DNA of 64,000 nucleotides, from the NCBI GenBank assembly GCA_043803945.1, contig JAZDJN010000111.1, positions 11,811 to 75,810 of the forward strand. The letters run 5' to 3'. Origin of the DNA: a bacterium. Lineage in GTDB: Bacteria > Bacteroidota > Ignavibacteria > UBA10030. Numbering within the stretch: the stretch's first letter is position 1; each line of letters opens with the position of its first letter. The position numbers were made by a program, and so were the translations under genes. This document shows, piece by piece, positions 19,611 through 29,712 of the stretch. Below the pieces are notes generated by a model. It saw only the letters and a list, made by a program, of their open reading frames with translations, was not told the origin of the DNA and did no database searches.

Positions 19611-21125
19611 TTATTCCTGTTCTTCCTTATGCCGATTGATGAGTCGTGCCTTTTTCTGATTAATTTGATTCATAAGCGAATCCATATAAATTTTCCGCCC
19701 TGAAGGAAAATACTGTGTCTTCCCTTTGAGCTGGGTGGGGGGCCTTGTGAAAACTTCTTCTTTAATTAAGGAATCACCAATGAAAATCCGGATGCCATGG
19801 TCATCTCCATCCACTCTGAGATTCAGTACTTTAGATTCATCAAGATTCTGGAGGAGAGAATCCATCATCATCAAAGGATCCCCGAACGGCATCGGACTAC
19901 GAACTTGGAATCGAGTGGGCCCATCGGGACGTTTTCGAGCGACGGTCGTCAATTCCGGCGGTACCGGGCTTTCCCAGCGACCCTGGAGATTGATCACGAT
20001 GGAAGCCCGATCTTCCCTTACATGAACGCGGACAGGTGCATCGTAGATCGTTCTTTCGACATCCGGCCGCGTGGCAAACCGTCTTTTAATAGATTCGACA
20101 GCGATGATTGCTTCGCGTTGATCGGCTTCGACCTCTCTGAGGTGTTGCCGCAGTTCTTCGACGTTAAACTGAAGCTCTGGAAATGTTGCATCATGAGTGA
20201 AGCCGATGAATGTCGCCCGCCCTCTCGGTTTCTTCATTTCGATAAGTGCGTCTTTCCCCTTGTGCGGTTTCTGGCTTGCGGCGAATGCAAAGGGGGCACG
20301 TTTTATTTCCAGGTACTTTTCAAATCGTACCCGCTGTTCCGCCTCAAGATACGATGAGATCCCCGCTAGCATCACCTGGTTCAATTGCGTGATATTCGGG
20401 TCGACCAGCATCATCGAATCATCCTTCATGAGAAATGCGGTTCTAATCTGCTGCTGCCCGAGATCGAAAAGTGAATCGAGCTTGCTCTTCTGCAGATCGG
20501 TTGCACGAATCTCCCTGTAGAGATCAGAGACGGTTACGAGATTCACCGGCCGTTGTTTTTTACCAACTTCAATTTTATATCCTTTTTGTTCATCCTCGTT
20601 TACTTGTAGAATAGTGCCGGCCTGGGCATCCATCGGAATAGTGCCAAACATCGCGAACTGAAGAACCTGGTTCCTGTCGATCTTTGAAAATAACTGAGTG
20701 ATCGATCCCTGCAGCGAAGCTTTCTGTTCTTCGTACACCTGTTGAACCTGATCACTTTGTTTCGCGAGATAGTCAGTTATCGGTTTGTATTGCATCACCG
20801 CAACTGTAATAAACAGCACCAAAAATATTCCGCCAATCGCAGTAACAGCCGGTAGGTATTTCCGGGGAAATGGGAATAGCGAAGTTGAATCGCTTTGCTG
20901 CTGCTCCATGCGTATCGAAAGGCGCGTCCAGAAGCCGATACTCTCAGGTACCATGGTTTTCTTCTGGATTACCCGTTTCAAAGACTGCAGCTCAACCAGT
21001 TCCTGAGCTAATTCAGGATTTGTGGCAAGGTGCTTCTTGAGCAGTGCGGTTTCTTCAGGAGTCAGCTCCCCATCGATATAGGCGGAGAGCATCGAAGCAA
21101 GCTCGGCATAAGTGACTTTTTTCAT
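19611..21125 (-). CDS. Putative anti-sigma factor (N-terminal anti-sigma domain, single TM, large periplasmic region)
   Basis: LSAYIDGELT..E....HL N-terminus (no CxxC), TM near residues 93-112, directly downstream of the ECF sigma. Confidence 0.7.
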   Translation of the reverse strand: MKKVTYAELASMLSAYIDGELTPEETALLKKHLATNPELAQELVELQSLKRVIQKKTMVPESIGFWTRLSIRMEQQQSDSTSLFPFPRKYLPAVTAIGGIFLVLFITVAVMQYKPITDYLAKQSDQVQQVYEEQKASLQGSITQLFSKIDRNQVLQFAMFGTIPMDAQAGTILQVNEDEQKGYKIEVGKKQRPVNLVTVSDLYREIRATDLQKSKLDSLFDLGQQQIRTAFLMKDDSMMLVDPNITQLNQVMLAGISSYLEAEQRVRFEKYLEIKRAPFAFAASQKPHKGKDALIEMKKPRGRATFIGFTHDATFPELQFNVEELRQHLREVEADQREAIIAVESIKRRFATRPDVERTIYDAPVRVHVREDRASIVINLQGRWESPVPPELTTVARKRPDGPTRFQVRSPMPFGDPLMMMDSLLQNLDESKVLNLRVDGDDHGIRIFIGDSLIKEEVFTRPPTQLKGKTQYFPSGRKIYMDSLMNQINQKKARLINRHKEEQE

Positions 21126-21126
21126 G

Positions 21127-21780
21127 CTATTGTTCCTCCAGCAACGGCTTCAGTGTTTTTCGCAACATTGCGCGTGCACGAAAGAGTCGTGATTTCACTG
21201 TACCAATTTCGCATTGCATGATGTCGGCAATTTCTTCATAAGAAAATCCTTCAATTTCTTTCAAGACAATCGGAACTCGAAACTTCTCTGGCAGTGTCTG
21301 CAACGCGCTTGAAATGAGGTGCTGCATTTCGCTGTCCACGGGATGCACCACCATCTTGCTTCCGATTTCCTTTTCGACGCTCTCAGGGAGTGCGTGAAGT
21401 GAAAGTATGCGCCGCACTTTTCTTCTTCGAAGCTCATCTCTGCACTTGTTTACCGCTATCCGATACAACCATGTATAGAATGAGGATTGGAATCTGAAAT
21501 TCGGGAGCGCCTCATACGCCTTGATGAACACCTCCTGGGCAATATCGTCGATGAGGTCAGGTTCATTGAAGATGGAATAGAGAAGATTCCTGACCCTGCG
21601 CTGATATCGATCGACGAGATAGCGATAGGCACCTTTCTCCCCGCCTTGGAAGAGAGAAATGAGCACTTCATCACTCTTCTCACGCAACGGTGTCTCTATC
21701 ACATGAGCTATAGCTTGTGTCGCCATATTCTTTGGTTGTTGTCCGGATTCATCCATATAGACGCCCGACGGTGTCTCCAT
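21127..21780 (-). CDS. ECF RNA polymerase sigma factor (RpoE-like)
   Basis: DIAQEVFIKAY, FYTWLYRIAVN, SYEEIA and GTVKSRLFRAR; ATG 21780 with GGAGAAGG. Confidence 0.92.
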   Translation of the reverse strand: METPSGVYMDESGQQPKNMATQAIAHVIETPLREKSDEVLISLFQGGEKGAYRYLVDRYQRRVRNLLYSIFNEPDLIDDIAQEVFIKAYEALPNFRFQSSFYTWLYRIAVNKCRDELRRRKVRRILSLHALPESVEKEIGSKMVVHPVDSEMQHLISSALQTLPEKFRVPIVLKEIEGFSYEEIADIMQCEIGTVKSRLFRARAMLRKTLKPLLEEQ

Positions 21781-21820
21781 GTTCCTTCTCCAATAGCAAA
21801 TTGTCATCTTTACCTACCAG

Positions 21821-21848
21821 GATACCGGAGAAAATTCACGGAGGTTTC
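21821..21848 (-). promoter_or_regulatory. Possible ECF-type autoregulatory promoter
   Basis: GAAACC-17nt-GTATC about 40 nt upstream of the sigma gene. Confidence 0.4.
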
Positions 21849-21958
21849 AAAATGTTGACGAAATGCACTGCAATAAAAATACCCGTTGACTTCTACCTCG
21901 TACCCACACAGGTGAACTCAAACGGGTTCTCAATGTTACTGCAGCATTATGTGTCGAA

Positions 21959-23206
21959 TTACTCTGATTTTATTCGTTTTTCAAATTCATCCCGAAATCG
22001 AAGAATCATCGATTGGACCGGCCAGGCTGCGGCATCTCCCAATGCACAAATGGTATTCCCTTCAATGTTGTTCGCAATATCCATCAAGAGATTGATATCC
22101 TGCCGCCGCCCCTCTCCCTGTTCAAATCGTTTAAGTACCTTCCAGAGCCAGCCAGTCCCTTCCCTGCAAGGTGTGCACTGGCCGCAAGATTCGTGATAAT
22201 AAAAATGGGCAATTCTTGAGAGAACCCGAATGAGATCGGTATCCTCGTCCATGACAATCACCCCAGCAGTTCCCACGGATGAGCCTGCAGCTTTCATCGA
22301 ATCTGCATCCATCCGGGCTCCTTCAAGCTGATCTCCTCGCAAAATCATTGTCGATGAGCCGCCCGGGATCACTGCTTTTATCGCTTTGTCGCCCGGAACA
22401 CCCTGAGCATATTTGTAAATGATTTCAAGAATCGGAACTCCAGTCGGCATCTCATACACACCTGGAGCGTTAACATGACCGCTGACACCGACGAGAATTG
22501 GTCCCGGATGTGTAGGAGAACCAATCTTGGAAAACCACTCCCATCCTTTACTGATGATTAAAGGGACATTGCTGATGGTTTCAACATTATTGATGGTTGT
22601 CGGACACCCCCACAAGCCGAACTGAGCAGGAAATGGCGGTTTGATTCGCGGGTAACCGCGCAAGCCTTCTATTGAATTCATCAACGATGATTCTTCGCCG
22701 CAAATGTACGCCCCGGCACCACGGTGAATAACAATGTTTGTCGAGAAGGATGTACCGAGAATATTGTTGCCGACATATCCTTTTGCATAGGCGTCATCGA
22801 GAGCTGCCTGGAGAAGACGAATCCATTTAGCGTACTCTCCCCGGATATAAATATAGGCAGTGGTGATCCCCATCGCATAACACGCGATCACAGATCCTTC
22901 AATAAGAAGGTGGGGATTGAATTCGAAGAGTTGGCGATCCTTGAAGGTACCGGGTTCTGATTCATCTCCATTGACGCAAAGATACTTCGCCTTCGTCGTT
23001 TGCATTGGCATGAACGACCATTTCAATCCGGTGGGGAAACACGCTCCCCCGCGGCCGCGGAGATTCGATTTCTTTACCTGATCGATGACCTCTTCTGGTT
23101 TCATGGTGAGGGCTTTTCTCAGCGCCTCATAGCCATTGTTCGCCTCGTAGATCTCAATCTTGTGAAGGTTCTTTATCTTTGGCAATAAGTAGAGTTCCGA
23201 CTCCAC
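21959..23206 (-). CDS. nuoF: NADH-quinone oxidoreductase subunit F
   Basis: LRGRGGA, DESEPGTFKDR, GAGAYICGEE and ESCGQCTPCREG. Confidence 0.96.
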   Translation of the reverse strand: MESELYLLPKIKNLHKIEIYEANNGYEALRKALTMKPEEVIDQVKKSNLRGRGGACFPTGLKWSFMPMQTTKAKYLCVNGDESEPGTFKDRQLFEFNPHLLIEGSVIACYAMGITTAYIYIRGEYAKWIRLLQAALDDAYAKGYVGNNILGTSFSTNIVIHRGAGAYICGEESSLMNSIEGLRGYPRIKPPFPAQFGLWGCPTTINNVETISNVPLIISKGWEWFSKIGSPTHPGPILVGVSGHVNAPGVYEMPTGVPILEIIYKYAQGVPGDKAIKAVIPGGSSTMILRGDQLEGARMDADSMKAAGSSVGTAGVIVMDEDTDLIRVLSRIAHFYYHESCGQCTPCREGTGWLWKVLKRFEQGEGRRQDINLLMDIANNIEGNTICALGDAAAWPVQSMILRFRDEFEKRIKSE

Positions 23207-23210
23207 GCGA

Positions 23211-23675
23211 TTACTCCAGCTCTTCGAGAATTTTATCCAGTTTTTCGGGGGTCAAATCTTCGTAATACTCCTCGTTGATTGCTGCCATGGGGGCAGTACC
23301 GCACGAACCCATGCATTCGACCTCTTCAAGTGTCCACTTCTTATCTGCAGTTGTCTCGCCTAGACGTACACCCAGCTTATGCTCAAGATAGTTAACAATT
23401 TTATCAGACCCACGAAGCATACAGGAGACATTGGTACAAACTTCAATGTGATGTTTTCCAAGCGGCTTACGTTTGAACATCGTATAGAATGTGACGACAC
23501 CAAGGATATGTGTATCGGAGACATGGAGAAGCTCTGACACGTACTTCATTGCCTCGTCAGAAATGAATCCTTGTTCCTTCTGCACCATCCAGAGCACTGG
23601 CAACACCAGGGCCTGGGTCGTGGGATACAGGGTTTTCAACGTTTCAATTTTTCTCAGATTATCTTCAGATAGCAT
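23211..23675 (-). CDS. nuoE: NADH-quinone oxidoreductase subunit E
   Basis: VTFYTMF, CTNVSC and ECMGSC 2Fe-2S ligands. Confidence 0.95.
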   Translation of the reverse strand: MLSEDNLRKIETLKTLYPTTQALVLPVLWMVQKEQGFISDEAMKYVSELLHVSDTHILGVVTFYTMFKRKPLGKHHIEVCTNVSCMLRGSDKIVNYLEHKLGVRLGETTADKKWTLEEVECMGSCGTAPMAAINEEYYEDLTPEKLDKILEELE

Positions 23676-23693
23676 ACGTCTTGTTCCAGCACT

Positions 23694-24932
23694 CTATTTA
23701 TCTGCTTCACCCATGACAGGATCCAGGCTGCCGATGATTGCGACGACATCAGAGATCATACAGCCCATCAACATCGTCGGGAGGGTTTGGATATTGACAA
23801 ATGACGGTGAACGAATCTTCAATCGCCAGGGATAGCCTTTGCCACGACTGTGGATGTAAAATCCAAGTTCGCCTTTGGGATTTTCCACTCCATGATAGAC
23901 CTCTCCAACAGGTGGATCGATACCGAAATTGATAAGCATAAAATCATGGATCAATTCTTCCATCCTGGAGTAAACCTTCTCCTTGCGGGGAAGAACTTTC
24001 TTCGGTTTAAATGCATGGACATCACCCTGAGGAAAGTGCTTCAGGATTTGATGGATCATCTTTACGCTCTCTCTCATCTCAGCCATCCGGACATAGTACC
24101 GGGCGAGAGCATCTCCCCCTTCGTAGACCGGAACATCAAAATCCAACTCGTCATAAATGAGATAGGGATTAGCTTTCCTCAGATCATGGCCAATGCCGCA
24201 CGCACGCAAGCCGGGGCCTGTGAAGCCAAGATCGATAGCCTTTTCCGGCGTGATTACGCCAATGCCATCACAGCGTTCGACAAAGATCCTGTTCTTATTC
24301 AGCAGGTATTCGCAATCAACAAGTGTCTGCGGAAACTGTACGATGAATTTCTTAACCGAATCGAGAATTTCAGGGGTGACATCCTGAGCGACTCCACCGA
24401 TACGCGTATAACTGGTCGTGAACCGGGCTCCGGCAATTCTCTCAAAAAGGTCATATAGTTTTTCGCGCTCACGGAAAGCCCACATCCAGACTGTGAGCGC
24501 ACCAACATCCATAGCAATGGATCCCAGAAACATCAGATGGGAAGAGATTCTGGCGAGTTCCGAGATCATCGTTCGAATAAATTGTGCCCGCCGTGGAGCT
24601 TCAATCCCTAAGAGTTTTTCCACGGCCAGAACATAGGCAGTGTTGTTGGCCAGGGGTGAGATGTAATCGAGCCGGTCAGTATGTGGAATAAATTCGTGGT
24701 AGGTGCAATTCTCCGCAAGCTTTTCATACCCGCGATGAAGATAACCGACCTCCGGGACGCAGCCGACAACCGTCTCTCCATCGAGCCGGATGAGAAGCCG
24801 CAGCACACCATGGGTTGCAGGATGCTGCGGACCCATGTTCAGGATCATTAAATTATCAAGGGGATCATCGAACGTCGCGCTGGTGTTCTGATCTTCAAGG
24901 GCTTGTACGATTTTCGCTTTTTTCTCGTCCAC
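23694..24932 (-). CDS. nuoD: NADH-quinone oxidoreductase subunit D
   Basis: NMGPQHPATHGVLR, GYLHRG, DRLDY and C-terminal DPVMGEADK. Confidence 0.96.
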   Translation of the reverse strand: MDEKKAKIVQALEDQNTSATFDDPLDNLMILNMGPQHPATHGVLRLLIRLDGETVVGCVPEVGYLHRGYEKLAENCTYHEFIPHTDRLDYISPLANNTAYVLAVEKLLGIEAPRRAQFIRTMISELARISSHLMFLGSIAMDVGALTVWMWAFREREKLYDLFERIAGARFTTSYTRIGGVAQDVTPEILDSVKKFIVQFPQTLVDCEYLLNKNRIFVERCDGIGVITPEKAIDLGFTGPGLRACGIGHDLRKANPYLIYDELDFDVPVYEGGDALARYYVRMAEMRESVKMIHQILKHFPQGDVHAFKPKKVLPRKEKVYSRMEELIHDFMLINFGIDPPVGEVYHGVENPKGELGFYIHSRGKGYPWRLKIRSPSFVNIQTLPTMLMGCMISDVVAIIGSLDPVMGEADK

Positions 24933-24948
24933 GCTGTCGCTTCTCAGT

Positions 24949-25434
24949 CTACTTTTTCGGCAATGGCAATGAGCCAGGAATACCCATTAAGGGAAAATCT
25001 TTTCGGAGAGGATGATATTCAAAATCATCGGGCATATAGATGCGGCGGAGATCGGGATGTCCTTCGAAAACGATGCCAAACATATCGAAGGTTTCTCTCT
25101 CATGCCAATTTGCCGTCCCCCACACTGTCATAACGGTCTGAAGCTTAGGTGAATCTTCTTCCACAAATGTTTTAAGACGTATCCGGTGTTTTGTGCTTAA
25201 TGAGTACAAATTGTAAATGATGCCAAACCGTTTTGTCGGTGTGTACATATCGATTCCACAGAGATCCATCAGAAAATCGTATTTCAGCACTTCATCTTCT
25301 TTGAGAAAGCGGCATACCTCCACAATGGATTCTTTAGGAAGAGTCACTGTCAGTTCACCGCGAAATTCCGCAGTTTCGAACTTCCCTTCACCAAATTTCG
25401 CTGTCAGCCGTTCAATCACAAGTTGATTCATCAT
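24949..25434 (-). CDS. nuoC: NADH-quinone oxidoreductase subunit C
   Basis: [21 protein letters not shown] and HPLRKDFP. Confidence 0.95.
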   Translation of the reverse strand: MMNQLVIERLTAKFGEGKFETAEFRGELTVTLPKESIVEVCRFLKEDEVLKYDFLMDLCGIDMYTPTKRFGIIYNLYSLSTKHRIRLKTFVEEDSPKLQTVMTVWGTANWHERETFDMFGIVFEGHPDLRRIYMPDDFEYHPLRKDFPLMGIPGSLPLPKK

Positions 25435-25967
25435 CCAGCCTGTTGATCTGATTTAGTACTATTCTCTTTTTCAAAACCGACATATGCGGGGAAACTCCCG
25501 CGACTCTCACCCCTTTGAACTTTCTGTTGAAGTGTGATCAGGGCATTGAGCAAATTGTCAGGCCGGGGCGGGCATCCGGCGACATACAAATCCACCGGTA
25601 AAAACCGATCGATCCCCTGCACGACAGAGTAGGTGCGGTACATTCCGCCCGATGAAGTGCATGCACCCATGGCAATGATCCATTTAGGATCCGGCATCTG
25701 ATCATAAATTTTCCGCACGACCTTTGCCATCTTGAATGTTGTTGTTCCCGCAACAATCATGACATCGGATTGTCGAGGCGAGAAACGAAAAACCTCGGAA
25801 CCAAAACGTGAGGCATCAAAGCGGGGCCCTGCAAAGGCCATCATTTCTATGGCGCAGCAAGAAATTCCCATCGGCATGGGCCAGAGTGAATTTTTCCTGC
25901 ACCAGTTAATAGCTTCATCAATGCGCGTAGTCAGTACACTATCTCCAAAGGCATGTTCTAATCCCAC
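25431..25967 (-). CDS. nuoB: NADH-quinone oxidoreductase subunit B
   Basis: CCAIEM, SPRQSD, GAC and GCPPRP. Confidence 0.96.
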   Translation of the reverse strand: MGLEHAFGDSVLTTRIDEAINWCRKNSLWPMPMGISCCAIEMMAFAGPRFDASRFGSEVFRFSPRQSDVMIVAGTTTFKMAKVVRKIYDQMPDPKWIIAMGACTSSGGMYRTYSVVQGIDRFLPVDLYVAGCPPRPDNLLNALITLQQKVQRGESRGSFPAYVGFEKENSTKSDQQAG

Positions 25968-26314
25968 TCCAACGCTCCTTTCCTCCAGATGTAATAATAT
26001 CCCACGAGCAGTATTCCGATAAACAGTGTCATGGAGACAAAACCTGCAAGCCCCAACTCGCGGAATGACACCGCCCAGGGATAGAGGAAGACAACTTCGA
26101 TGTCAAAGAGGATGAAGAGCACAGCGACCATATAGAATTTGATTGAAAATCGTTCGCGGGCATTTCGTATTGGCTCCATCCCGCTCTCATAGGTTGAGAG
26201 CTTTTCCTCCGTTGCCCTCTTCGGTCCGAACCATTCGTTCAGTTTAACCATAACAATACCGAAGATCACGCCTCCCGCGATCATCACTGCGATGGGTAGA
26301 TACTGTTCAATCAT
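25958..26314 (-). CDS. nuoA: NADH-quinone oxidoreductase subunit A
   Basis: YESG, FILFDIE and KGALEWD. Confidence 0.95.
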   Translation of the reverse strand: MIEQYLPIAVMIAGGVIFGIVMVKLNEWFGPKRATEEKLSTYESGMEPIRNARERFSIKFYMVAVLFILFDIEVVFLYPWAVSFRELGLAGFVSMTLFIGILLVGYYYIWRKGALEWD

Positions 26315-26610
26315 TTGAGATCAGAATGTTTAAATAACTTTTCTCTTGTGTTCAACACTCGCCCTCTTGAGCTATAAAATTTTTAAAAACGTTAAGCAAA
26401 AATGGGTACAAAGTCAATTTGTTCATTTCGAGGGTAGTGGGCTATTTTCATATCTTGTATCTGACAGCTTGGAGATCAGATGCAAGAAAGAAAAACATTC
26501 AAGAGAACGCGAGACTATTTTTGGTCGTCATTCTTAATTAAGAGATACATAACTTGCTTATGAAACGAGTTTTTCACATTATTAACAGGTATAGAAAACG
26601 TGGAGGTGGT

Positions 26611-26940
26611 ATGCCTGAAAAACAAGATTTTACAATTGCACTCAAAAGATCTCCTGATTATAAGATTTACCCTTTTCAGACCGTCTATGGAGGTCCTCTT
26701 CCCGATCTGTCCGCGATTCTGCTAAATGTATGTATAGATCATTCTGCATTTCCCAGTTATGTTACGCACCCCATAAAAGAAGATGGATCAGTTGATATGA
26801 ATACCATCACAGATCTGACACAAATCGCCAACATAGAAAGGGAAGTGTTATGTGGGTTAATGGTACCCTTACCATTAGCGAAAGCCTTGGTAAGCTGGTT
26901 GCAAGCTCACATTAATAGAATAGAAGGAGGAACATCATGA
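26611..26940 (+). CDS. Hypothetical protein (DUF3467-like), first gene of a toxin-antitoxin-like module
   Basis: ATG 26611 with GGAGG RBS; ATGA overlap with the next gene; family resemblance judged by eye (VYGG..P; REV..G..V....AK.L..WL). Confidence 0.6.
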   Translation: MPEKQDFTIALKRSPDYKIYPFQTVYGGPLPDLSAILLNVCIDHSAFPSYVTHPIKEDGSVDMNTITDLTQIANIEREVLCGLMVPLPLAKALVSWLQAHINRIEGGTS

Positions 26941-27323
26941 TAACATCGCAATATACCAGATATGATTCAGCCGAAGTTGCAATTTATCCTGAGAGGATCG
27001 ACGAGAAACTTAAATATATGGTTCCTCAGGTTCCTTATACTCCACTGCACGGATTGACAATCCATCGGCTAACAATCATACCTCCTCATGTTGAGTTGTT
27101 TAATATAGAGTTTCGAGTACATAAAGAAAATGGACACTATCATCTTACTTCAGACCAATGGCCAATTTTAACGACATTCGGCGATTCTTTTCAAGATGCA
27201 GTACATGAACTTCAAGAACTAATGAAAGACCTCATCCAAGAATATGTGATCGTCTCAGAGGAAAAACTATCTCCTGACTCTATAGAGTTCCGCAATTTTC
27301 TTCTTAGCAGACTTTTCCAATAG
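26937..27323 (+). CDS. HicB-like antitoxin without a C-terminal DNA-binding domain
   Basis: Beta-beta-beta then T.GDS.QDA..EL pattern of the HicB partial RNase H fold; about 55 aa N-terminal extension. Confidence 0.6.
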   Translation: MITSQYTRYDSAEVAIYPERIDEKLKYMVPQVPYTPLHGLTIHRLTIIPPHVELFNIEFRVHKENGHYHLTSDQWPILTTFGDSFQDAVHELQELMKDLIQEYVIVSEEKLSPDSIEFRNFLLSRLFQ

Positions 27324-27338
27324 CCTTATGATTTAACC

Positions 27339-27635
27339 GTGGTTATTGAGAAAGAAAAAATACGATCTGGATTGGAAGGGAAAAAGTGCTTTAAGGAGGG
27401 AGGCACCAAACATGATTTATATAAATTAGAAATAGATGGACGTACCTATCCCGTTGCCACAAAACTATCACGCGGATCAAAATACAAAGATTATGGAGAT
27501 GATTTGGTGTCTGATGTTTGTCGTCAGCTTGGTTTAACCAAAAAAGAGATACTGCCTTTTTTGGAGTGTACTATTAAAGTTGCCGAATATGTCGATATGT
27601 TGAAACAACGAGGAAGAATTAAAGAAACAAATTAG
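27339..27635 (+). CDS. HicA-like toxin (dsRBD-like mRNA interferase)
   Basis: Small basic protein, G.KH..Y motif, RQLGLT C-terminal helix, adjacent to the HicB-like gene. Confidence 0.6.
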   Translation: MVIEKEKIRSGLEGKKCFKEGGTKHDLYKLEIDGRTYPVATKLSRGSKYKDYGDDLVSDVCRQLGLTKKEILPFLECTIKVAEYVDMLKQRGRIKETN

Positions 27636-27777
27636 TCTTATCGTCGTTTTATTAAGTCGTCCTTCTTACTTGTTCTCCTAATCCCTAAAAGTTCTCCCAA
27701 ATAGACTCACCTTAATACACACCGAAAGCGATTTTCGAAAGGAGCCCACTTCCAGTTCGAGAGGTTTGCGGCAGAAC

Positions 27778-29487
27778 CTATCGCAACTCCAATTGAATTC
27801 CTTCCAGCGGCCATCGAGCCCGGACACGAACAGTATCCCGATACTGTGTAAACCGTTCGGAGGCAGAGAATGGATACACAGTCCCATAATCATACTTGCC
27901 ATTCCCATTCCGATCATGAAATGCCCGGAGAGAATATTTTCCCTCTACAAGGTCGGTTATTGCAAATTGTCCGTCGGGCGAGGCCGTTACTGCAATCGAC
28001 GCCGCATCCTTAGCAGAAACATTCATCGCAGTGATAATGATCGATCCCTTCCTTCCTCTTACTTCTGAGTCCTGAACACGACCATGGATGCTGCTGAACC
28101 TCTCACGATCCATCGTCTGGAATGAGATGACACGAACAGAATCACGGGGACGCTTTCCATTCATACCCAATACATTATGAAGATGAATCCTGAACGAGTG
28201 CCACTCAGCCGATTCAAGCTGCTGCGTTGGTTTGATCAGGATCGCTGTGTTCGAAATCCATTCCAGCGAAAAAGGGATCAGAAGTTTTCGTGCACTCTGC
28301 ATCGTGACTGCACCCAGTATCGTCTCCCTTTGTACAACATCTGAAAAATTAATGACGATCTCAGGCTGCAAAGCAATTCCCTTTGCACTGTCTTGAAGCG
28401 ACATCCATGCTATTCTTAATGGCAGTGAATCGACCAGTGATGGTCCCGTGAATGATGCTGCGTTCGCCAACGGTGAAATGATATTCCCTGCGAGATCCCG
28501 CAGGCTTGAAATCCGGATTCGATAAGGTGCATCAGGAGTCATTGGATTCGTCGAGAACGAAAACAGATTCATCTTTGGAAGCAGAGCATCGAAGGAATAC
28601 ACGGTCAGAGGTTTTCCATTCAGGGTATCTGTGACCTGAGCGAATTCGGTTCTCACCAGACTGGTATCAATTGTTTCCGAAAATTCCACAATCATATGGC
28701 GTTGATCCGGTGATTCTACTTTCAGCAACCTGGGAGAGGTGGTATCAGCCTTCGTCATCTGGATATGAACATCGGAATATAGAGTATCAGATTCTCCGAG
28801 GAAGATATCTGAGGGAGGCACTCCGATTAGATCTGTTTCGGGATCGTAGAGCAGATTTTTAAACTCATCCTTCACGGCAAACAAACGATACCAGCCAAAG
28901 GAGAGGTGGTTGAGAGCAAACGATCCATCATGGCTGGTCTGTGTGATATAGGCCGGAGAGGCAGATTGTGGATTCAACGTGTCAGCCTTAACCCCATCAA
29001 GACGATACGCAAAAACCATGATCCCTGATGGCGAGTCGGCAGGATTCAATTGAAATATTTTTCCTTCAATTGCACCGCGGTCTATTGCTTTTCCTGTGGA
29101 GAAGGCGAGAAGGAATGATGTTGCCATCCGGTTCCGGTTGTTCAAATCTACAACATCCGTTCCTATCGTCACAACATACGTTGTGCTGTCACGTAACTTC
29201 CCCGGCAGGAGAATTTCGACCTTCCTCCCATTCCATTCAAACTCCAGCGGCCCGACATTGGGTGAGATGAATATTGCGCTTTCCACACTCCTCTGATCGA
29301 CATATTCACTGAATTCAAAGACTAATATGGTGTCTGAAAAAAAAGTTGTGAATGCTGCAGGTGTCGTCGAAATAATCTGAGGCGGTTCTGTATCGATCGG
29401 CCCGCCTTCCGGCGGCCGCTGCCCCGCACAGGAGAGGAGAAAAAGTGAAAGGACAAGAAGTAAGGAATTGAACTGTGCTGGCTTCAT
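27778..29487 (-). CDS. Ig-like (Big_5) domain lipoprotein
   Basis: Lipobox LLSC followed by AGQRPPEGGPIDTEPP, FSE.VD repeats and a DRNGNGKYD Ca-loop; ATG 29487. Confidence 0.8.
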   Translation of the reverse strand: MKPAQFNSLLLVLSLFLLSCAGQRPPEGGPIDTEPPQIISTTPAAFTTFFSDTILVFEFSEYVDQRSVESAIFISPNVGPLEFEWNGRKVEILLPGKLRDSTTYVVTIGTDVVDLNNRNRMATSFLLAFSTGKAIDRGAIEGKIFQLNPADSPSGIMVFAYRLDGVKADTLNPQSASPAYITQTSHDGSFALNHLSFGWYRLFAVKDEFKNLLYDPETDLIGVPPSDIFLGESDTLYSDVHIQMTKADTTSPRLLKVESPDQRHMIVEFSETIDTSLVRTEFAQVTDTLNGKPLTVYSFDALLPKMNLFSFSTNPMTPDAPYRIRISSLRDLAGNIISPLANAASFTGPSLVDSLPLRIAWMSLQDSAKGIALQPEIVINFSDVVQRETILGAVTMQSARKLLIPFSLEWISNTAILIKPTQQLESAEWHSFRIHLHNVLGMNGKRPRDSVRVISFQTMDRERFSSIHGRVQDSEVRGRKGSIIITAMNVSAKDAASIAVTASPDGQFAITDLVEGKYSLRAFHDRNGNGKYDYGTVYPFSASERFTQYRDTVRVRARWPLEGIQLELR

Positions 29488-29569
29488 ACCTGTTGATGGA
29501 AATACGACTGGTTTTACCATCGTCAATATAGCGAAGGAAGTGAAAAGAACAAAGAGCAACGATAATCCA

Positions 29570-29712
29570 TAGAGACTCTCACGAAAAGGATAACCACTAA
29601 GGACACGAAGGACCAAAAGAAAATAGATTATAGGAAATTAAATTAATTCAACAGTTTTTCCTTTGTGACCTTCGTGGTTTGTGTTTTAGGTTACTTTTCA
29701 ATCGGTTCTCTA
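29570..29712. mobile_element. MITE-like element copy 1 (143 bp)
   Basis: Ends TAGAGACTCTCACGAAAAG and ACTTTTCAATCGGTTCTCTA enclose inner arms AACCACTAAGGACACGAAG / CTTTGTGACCTTCGTGGTT; one end coincides with the mltG TAG. Confidence 0.7.
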
